From the NCBI GenBank assembly GCA_049320885.1, contig JBMORA010000039.1:32288-96287 (forward strand): DNA of 64,000 nucleotides, given 5' to 3'. Below, piece by piece: positions 59,583-64,000 of the stretch. A model generated the notes under the pieces. That model was given only the letters and a program-made list of their open reading frames with translations. It made no database searches and had not been told where the DNA came from. The position numbers and the translations under genes are program-made. The stretch is from Thermodesulfobacteriota bacterium (lineage in GTDB: Bacteria > Desulfobacterota > Desulfobacteria > Desulfobacterales > SURF-7). Each line of letters starts with the position of its first letter. The first letter of the stretch is position 1.

Positions 59583-60523
59583 CGGCCGCCCCGGTCATTT
59601 CGCGGTTAGCACCGAAAATCATCGAACTGGAAGATCGACTTTTTCAAATCACCCTTCAACCTTCCCTGCCTGGATTTGATGATTTCATCTGCGCCTATCT
59701 GCACGCGGGTTCCCCTGGGTTTTTGGTCGATGTGGGGCCGGCCTCGACGGCAAACCAATTGTCCGCGGCCATGGAACAGCTGGGCGTGAACCGCCTTGAT
59801 TTTATTCTTCTAACCCACATCCACCTGGATCATGCCGGAGCCGTGGGGGAGGCGGCGGATCGCTTTCCGACGGCCGCCGTGGTGTGCCATCCCTCCGCCT
59901 TTTCCCATCTCGAGGATCCGACCCGCTTATGGCAGGGGACCGTCAAGACCCTCGGCGATATTGGAAGGGCATACGGCCCCATTCAACCGCTGCAAAAAAA
60001 CCGTTTGATGAATGCCCTGGAGCTGGATGCGGGCGGGTTGCGTTCGGTTCCGACGCCGGGCCATGCGCCGCACCATGTGAGTTATCTGTTCCAGAAGACC
60101 CTTTTTGCCGGAGAAGCCGGCGGGGTCAGCCTGCCGCTGCCCTCCTCTCCGGTGTATCTTCGCCCCGCCACTCCTCCCCGGTTTCATCTGAAAACCTCCC
60201 TTGCCAGCATCGACGCCCTGATGGAAGAACGAGCTTCCCGGATTTGTTACGGGCATCTCGGCGCCCGGGAGGATGTCCACGGAATGCTTGCGAACCATCG
60301 CAGCCAGTTGCTGTTGTGGTCCCGGATCGTGGAGGAGGAGAGCAGGAAAGCGGACAGAAATATATTGCCCGGCCTCCTGATGAAGCGCCTTCTGCAAGAC
60401 GATTTCCGCCTGGCGTCATTTTCCGATCTGCCCCGGGATGTCCGCGACCGGGAAACCTTTTTTTTGACGAACAGCATTTCAGGCTTTGTGCAAGCCCTGG
60501 ATGCGCTCGCTGATAATCCGTAG
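59579..60523 (+). CDS. MBL-fold metallo-hydrolase
   Basis: THIHLDHAG, TPGHAPHH, GEAGG, GH. Confidence 0.9.
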   Translation: MTAAPVISRLAPKIIELEDRLFQITLQPSLPGFDDFICAYLHAGSPGFLVDVGPASTANQLSAAMEQLGVNRLDFILLTHIHLDHAGAVGEAADRFPTAAVVCHPSAFSHLEDPTRLWQGTVKTLGDIGRAYGPIQPLQKNRLMNALELDAGGLRSVPTPGHAPHHVSYLFQKTLFAGEAGGVSLPLPSSPVYLRPATPPRFHLKTSLASIDALMEERASRICYGHLGAREDVHGMLANHRSQLLLWSRIVEEESRKADRNILPGLLMKRLLQDDFRLASFSDLPRDVRDRETFFLTNSISGFVQALDALADNP

Positions 60524-61261
60524 CCCCTCCAATGTCAGATCCGGATCGACGATTTCGATGGTTTCGGACACCTTGTGGATGAGGCCGGCAAGGCCGCCCG
60601 TGGCAATCACTTTCGGTACGCCGCCCATTTCCTTGGCGATTCGTTTCACCATGCCGTCCACCAGGCCCGCATACCCATAAATAATGCCGGATTTGATGCT
60701 GCCGGCCGTATCCCGGCCGATGACGGCCGCGGGGGGGGTCAACAAGTCCACCCGCGGCAATTTGGAGGCGTTCATGAACAGGGCTTCGGAAGAGATCATG
60801 ATTCCAGGGGTAATGGCGCCGCCGATGTATTCTCCTTTTTCCGAAATGACATCGAAGGTGGTGGCGGTGCCGAAATCGATAATGATCAGGCTGGTGCGAT
60901 ATTGCTCGTAAGCGGCCACGGCATTGACGATCCTGTCCGCCCCGACTTCGGCCGGGTTGGTATAAAGGATCGGCATTCCCGCCGTGGATGCGGCGTCGAC
61001 CCAGTGCGGCTGGCGGCTCAGGTATTTGCGGCAAAAGGCGTCGTAATGCCTGACCACCGGAGGCACCACGCACGAAATGACGGTCCTGTCGAGGTCCTGG
61101 AACCGGATGCCGCTGGCGCTGAACAGGCTGTTCAGCAGGACACACAGTTCATCCTCGGTGGTATTCCGTTCCGTGCGGATGCGCCAATTCCGGATCAATT
61201 TCCGTCCTTCATAAATACCGATCACCGTGTTTGTATTCCCGATATCAATAACCAGCAGCAT
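60479..61261 (-). CDS. coaX: Type III pantothenate kinase
   Basis: IDIGNTN, GADR, DFGTATT, GG.I.PG, ATGG. Confidence 0.96.
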   Translation of the reverse strand: MLLVIDIGNTNTVIGIYEGRKLIRNWRIRTERNTTEDELCVLLNSLFSASGIRFQDLDRTVISCVVPPVVRHYDAFCRKYLSRQPHWVDAASTAGMPILYTNPAEVGADRIVNAVAAYEQYRTSLIIIDFGTATTFDVISEKGEYIGGAITPGIMISSEALFMNASKLPRVDLLTPPAAVIGRDTAGSIKSGIIYGYAGLVDGMVKRIAKEMGGVPKVIATGGLAGLIHKVSETIEIVDPDLTLEGLRIISERIQGLHKA

Positions 61262-61294
61262 GTTTCCATCCCTTGGTCTTCATACGCCCCCCCG

Positions 61295-62176
61295 TCAGGC
61301 AGCGGTTTTAATCGCGTCGATGATTTTCAATGTTGTCCGGGCCATGGAAACGTCGTGGCAGCGGACAATATGCGCCCCGTTCAATACCGCGGCAGCGATG
61401 GTCGCCTGGGTCCCGTTTTCCACGATGGACTGATCCGGCGCCGGCGCCTGGCCCTCGGCGTCCTGCAACAGATGCCGGATAAAGGCTTTGCGGGAAGTCC
61501 CCACCATGATCGGTGCACGAAGGGTTTCCAGAAGGCGCAGATTCTTCAGGATGCAGAGATTCTGCGCGAAGGTTTTCCCGAAGCCGATGCCCGGATCGAT
61601 AATGATTTTCGATCCGGGGATTCCGCGTTCTTCCGCGTGTTGGATGGCCCGCTGGAAAAAATTCGTCAGGTCTCCCATGAGATCATGATAAACGGGAGCC
61701 ATCTGCATATCCTTCGGGGTTCCTTTCATATGCATCAGAATCAGCGGCACGCCCTGTCCGGCCACAACGTCCGCCATCTCCGGATCCGACCGGAGCGCGC
61801 TGATATCGTTTACGATGGAGGCGCCGGCGCGAATCGCCTCAAGAGCGACCCGGGCCTTTGTCGTATCAATGGAAATGGGAATGGAAATCCGTCCGGCGAT
61901 GGCTTGGATCACCGGCACCACCCGCCGGAGTTCCTCCTCCTGCGGGATGGAATCCGAATAGGGTCGAGTGGATTCCCCGCCCACGTCAAGGATATCGGCG
62001 CCGGCTTCGGCCATGGCTTTGGCGTGCTCAACGGCGGATTCAAGGGAAAAAAACCGGCCGCCGTCGGAAAAGGAATCCGGGGTGATGTTCAGAATTCCCA
62101 TCACCAGCGTTTTTTCCCCGAAGGTCAGACGATGCCCGCCGCATTCGATTTCAAACATTCTGGTCCGGGGCGTCAT
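61295..62176 (-). CDS. folP: Dihydropteroate synthase
   Basis: [37 protein letters not shown]; start approximate. Confidence 0.96.
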   Translation of the reverse strand: MTPRTRMFEIECGGHRLTFGEKTLVMGILNITPDSFSDGGRFFSLESAVEHAKAMAEAGADILDVGGESTRPYSDSIPQEEELRRVVPVIQAIAGRISIPISIDTTKARVALEAIRAGASIVNDISALRSDPEMADVVAGQGVPLILMHMKGTPKDMQMAPVYHDLMGDLTNFFQRAIQHAEERGIPGSKIIIDPGIGFGKTFAQNLCILKNLRLLETLRAPIMVGTSRKAFIRHLLQDAEGQAPAPDQSIVENGTQATIAAAVLNGAHIVRCHDVSMARTTLKIIDAIKTAA

Positions 62177-64000
62177 TCCGTTTTTCCGTGTTTTCAGATT
62201 CCGTGGCGGCCTGGTCCGTGGGATTTTCCGTTTCCGCCGCGGCCGGGGATGACAGCTGGATTCCGGGACGCATGGCGCGGATGAGATCATCCAGTTCCGC
62301 GCCCATCACCGTTTCCTTCTCCAGCAGCAAGTCGGCTAGTTTGTGAAGGATGTCCTGGTTTTCCTTCAGGACTTTTTTGGCCCGGTCATAGTTGGTGTGG
62401 ATCAGCCGGCTGATTTCCTGGTCGATGGTTTTGGCGGTGTCCTCGGAGTAATCGCTTTTCTGGGCAAAATCCCGGCCGAGGAAAATCTGTTCATCATTCT
62501 GCGCATAGGAGAGCGGGCCGAGCAGTTCGCTCATGCCCCAGCTGCGGACCATTTTCTGAGCCAGCTCGGTGGCCTGTTTGATATCGTTGGAGGCGCCGGT
62601 GCTGATTCTGCCGAACACCAGTTCTTCCGCCACGCGCCCGCCAAACGACACACTCAGTTCGCTTTCCAGTTGGTCTTTATAGCGGAAATCCCTTTCTTCC
62701 GGCAGAAACCAGGTGACACCGGCGGCTCGACCGCGCGGAATGATGGTGATTTTGTTGACCGAGTCGGTACCCGGAAGAAAGCGGGCCACCAGCGCATGTC
62801 CGGCCTCGTGATAGGCGGTGGTTCTGCGGTCTTCCTCCTTGATCACCTTGGATTTGCGTTCCAGACCCATGTAAACCTTGTCCTTGGCCTCCTCGAAATC
62901 GAGCATATGCAATTTTTCCTGGTTTTTCTTGGCGGCCAGCAGAGCGGCCTCGTTGACCATGTTTTCGAGATCGGCGCCGGAGAAGCCGGGAGTTCCCTTG
63001 GCCAGAACGGATACATTCACATCGGCGGCGATGGGCGTTCGTTTCATGTGAACCTTGAGGATCTCCTCCCGGCCCTTGATGTCGGGGAGGGGAACGACCA
63101 CCTGACGATCGAACCTTCCGGGCCGCATCAACGCCGGATCAAGAACGTCCGGACGGTTTGTGGCGGAGATGAGAATGACACCTTCGTTGGACTCGAATCC
63201 GTCCATTTCCACCAGCAGCTGGTTGAGGGTCTGCTCGCGTTCGTCATGGCCGCCACCCAGGCCGGCGCCGCGATGACGTCCCACCGCGTCGATTTCATCA
63301 ATGAAAATGATACAGGGGGCGTTTTTTTTCCCCTGGACGAACAGATCCCGCACCCGGGAGGCCCCGACGCCGACAAACATCTCCACGAAATCCGATCCGC
63401 TGATGCTGAAAAAGGGTACGCCCGCTTCACCGGCAATGGCCCTGGCCAGCAGGGTTTTGCCGGTTCCCGGCGAGCCCATCAGCAGCACGCCTTTGGGGAT
63501 GCGTCCCCCCAGGCGGGTGAATTTTTTCGGGTCCTTCAGGAATTCGATGATTTCCGCCAGCTCTTCCTTGGCTTCCTCCACCCCGGCCACATCCTTGAAG
63601 GTCACCTTTTCCGCCTGATCGGAAAGCAACCGCGCCCGGCTTTTGCCGAAGGAAAGGGCCTTGCCGCCACCACCCTGCATCTGGCGCATGAAAAAGATCC
63701 AGACACCGATCAACACGATCATGGGGAACCAGGATACCAGAATGGACATGAACCAGGGGGTCTCGGCCGGCGGCTTGGCATTGATGGAAACCCCTTTGGA
63801 TCTCAATATTTTTATCATTTCGGAATCTTCGGGCGCATATACTTTGAAACGGGCGCCGCTGATATCGGTTACGAAGAGCTCCCGGTCCTGCATGACCACG
63901 TTCGCGACCCGATCGCCTTCCACCATGGAAAGGAATTCCGTGTAGCTGATATTTTCATCCGATCGCTGCTGCTGATTGAAAATATTGAAAAGCATGATCA
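62151..64000 (-). CDS. ftsH: ATP-dependent zinc metalloprotease FtsH (5' end outside window)
   Basis: [24 protein letters not shown]. Confidence 0.98.
   Translation of the reverse strand, partial: IMLFNIFNQQQRSDENISYTEFLSMVEGDRVANVVMQDRELFVTDISGARFKVYAPEDSEMIKILRSKGVSINAKPPAETPWFMSILVSWFPMIVLIGVWIFFMRQMQGGGGKALSFGKSRARLLSDQAEKVTFKDVAGVEEAKEELAEIIEFLKDPKKFTRLGGRIPKGVLLMGSPGTGKTLLARAIAGEAGVPFFSISGSDFVEMFVGVGASRVRDLFVQGKKNAPCIIFIDEIDAVGRHRGAGLGGGHDEREQTLNQLLVEMDGFESNEGVILISATNRPDVLDPALMRPGRFDRQVVVPLPDIKGREEILKVHMKRTPIAADVNVSVLAKGTPGFSGADLENMVNEAALLAAKKNQEKLHMLDFEEAKDKVYMGLERKSKVIKEEDRRTTAYHEAGHALVARFLPGTDSVNKITIIPRGRAAGVTWFLPEERDFRYKDQLESELSVSFGGRVAEELVFGRISTGASNDIKQATELAQKMVRSWGMSELLGPLSYAQNDEQIFLGRDFAQKSDYSEDTAKTIDQEISRLIHTNYDRAKKVLKENQDILHKLADLLLEKETVMGAELDDLIRAMRPGIQLSSPAAAETENPTDQAATESENTEKRNDAPDQNV

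Noticed and set aside
60479..60523. 45-bp convergent overlap of the MBL hydrolase and coaX
   Set aside because: Short tail-to-tail overlaps are common; both proteins look complete
60575..62284. 569-aa plus-strand ORF, and similar long antisense ORFs (33634-35049, 8038-9195, 36510-37655, 6712-7809)
   Set aside because: Shadow frames opposite well-supported genes in GC-rich DNA; no recognisable motifs

Overview
A GC-rich bacterial chromosome segment, most consistent with a deltaproteobacterium (Desulfobacterota). This placement is inferred from gene content and order, not from a search. (1) 1-17.4 kb, housekeeping block: rpmI end, rplT, pheST, MerR, tRNA-Gly(CCC), rimP-nusA-infB-DUF503-rbfA-DHH-truB-rpsO-pnp-M16 peptidase-dut-MBL hydrolase. 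(2) 17.4-26 kb, cell-surface accessory block: a PilZ protein, DUF362, a DUF2723/TMEM260-like membrane glycosyltransferase, an AT-rich Ig-like lipoprotein with a (TG)14 linker, an OM beta-barrel, and a recent 868-bp tandem duplication of a VPLPA/PEP-CTERM gene with its sigma54 promoter, upstream palindrome and terminator. (3) alr, then a FadL / Ser-Thr kinase-cNMP / HD / membrane-protein run. (4) 33.6-48.1 kb, the strongest candidate for an uncharacterised system: a divergent type II FAS/PKS lipid cluster with 2 ACPs, 3 intact ketosynthases plus a CLF-like domain, 3 dehydratase-type proteins, FabG, a thioesterase, LolA-like and lipoprotein genes, and four radical SAM enzymes (two B12-binding). 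It resembles ladderane/aryl-polyene-type clusters of unknown product. (5) Class III RNR nrdDG with tandem NrdR boxes and a structured leader, then trx-ccdA-proC, divIVA-pilT-pilU, coaX, folP and a partial ftsH. No CRISPR array, rRNA, transposase or integrase was seen.
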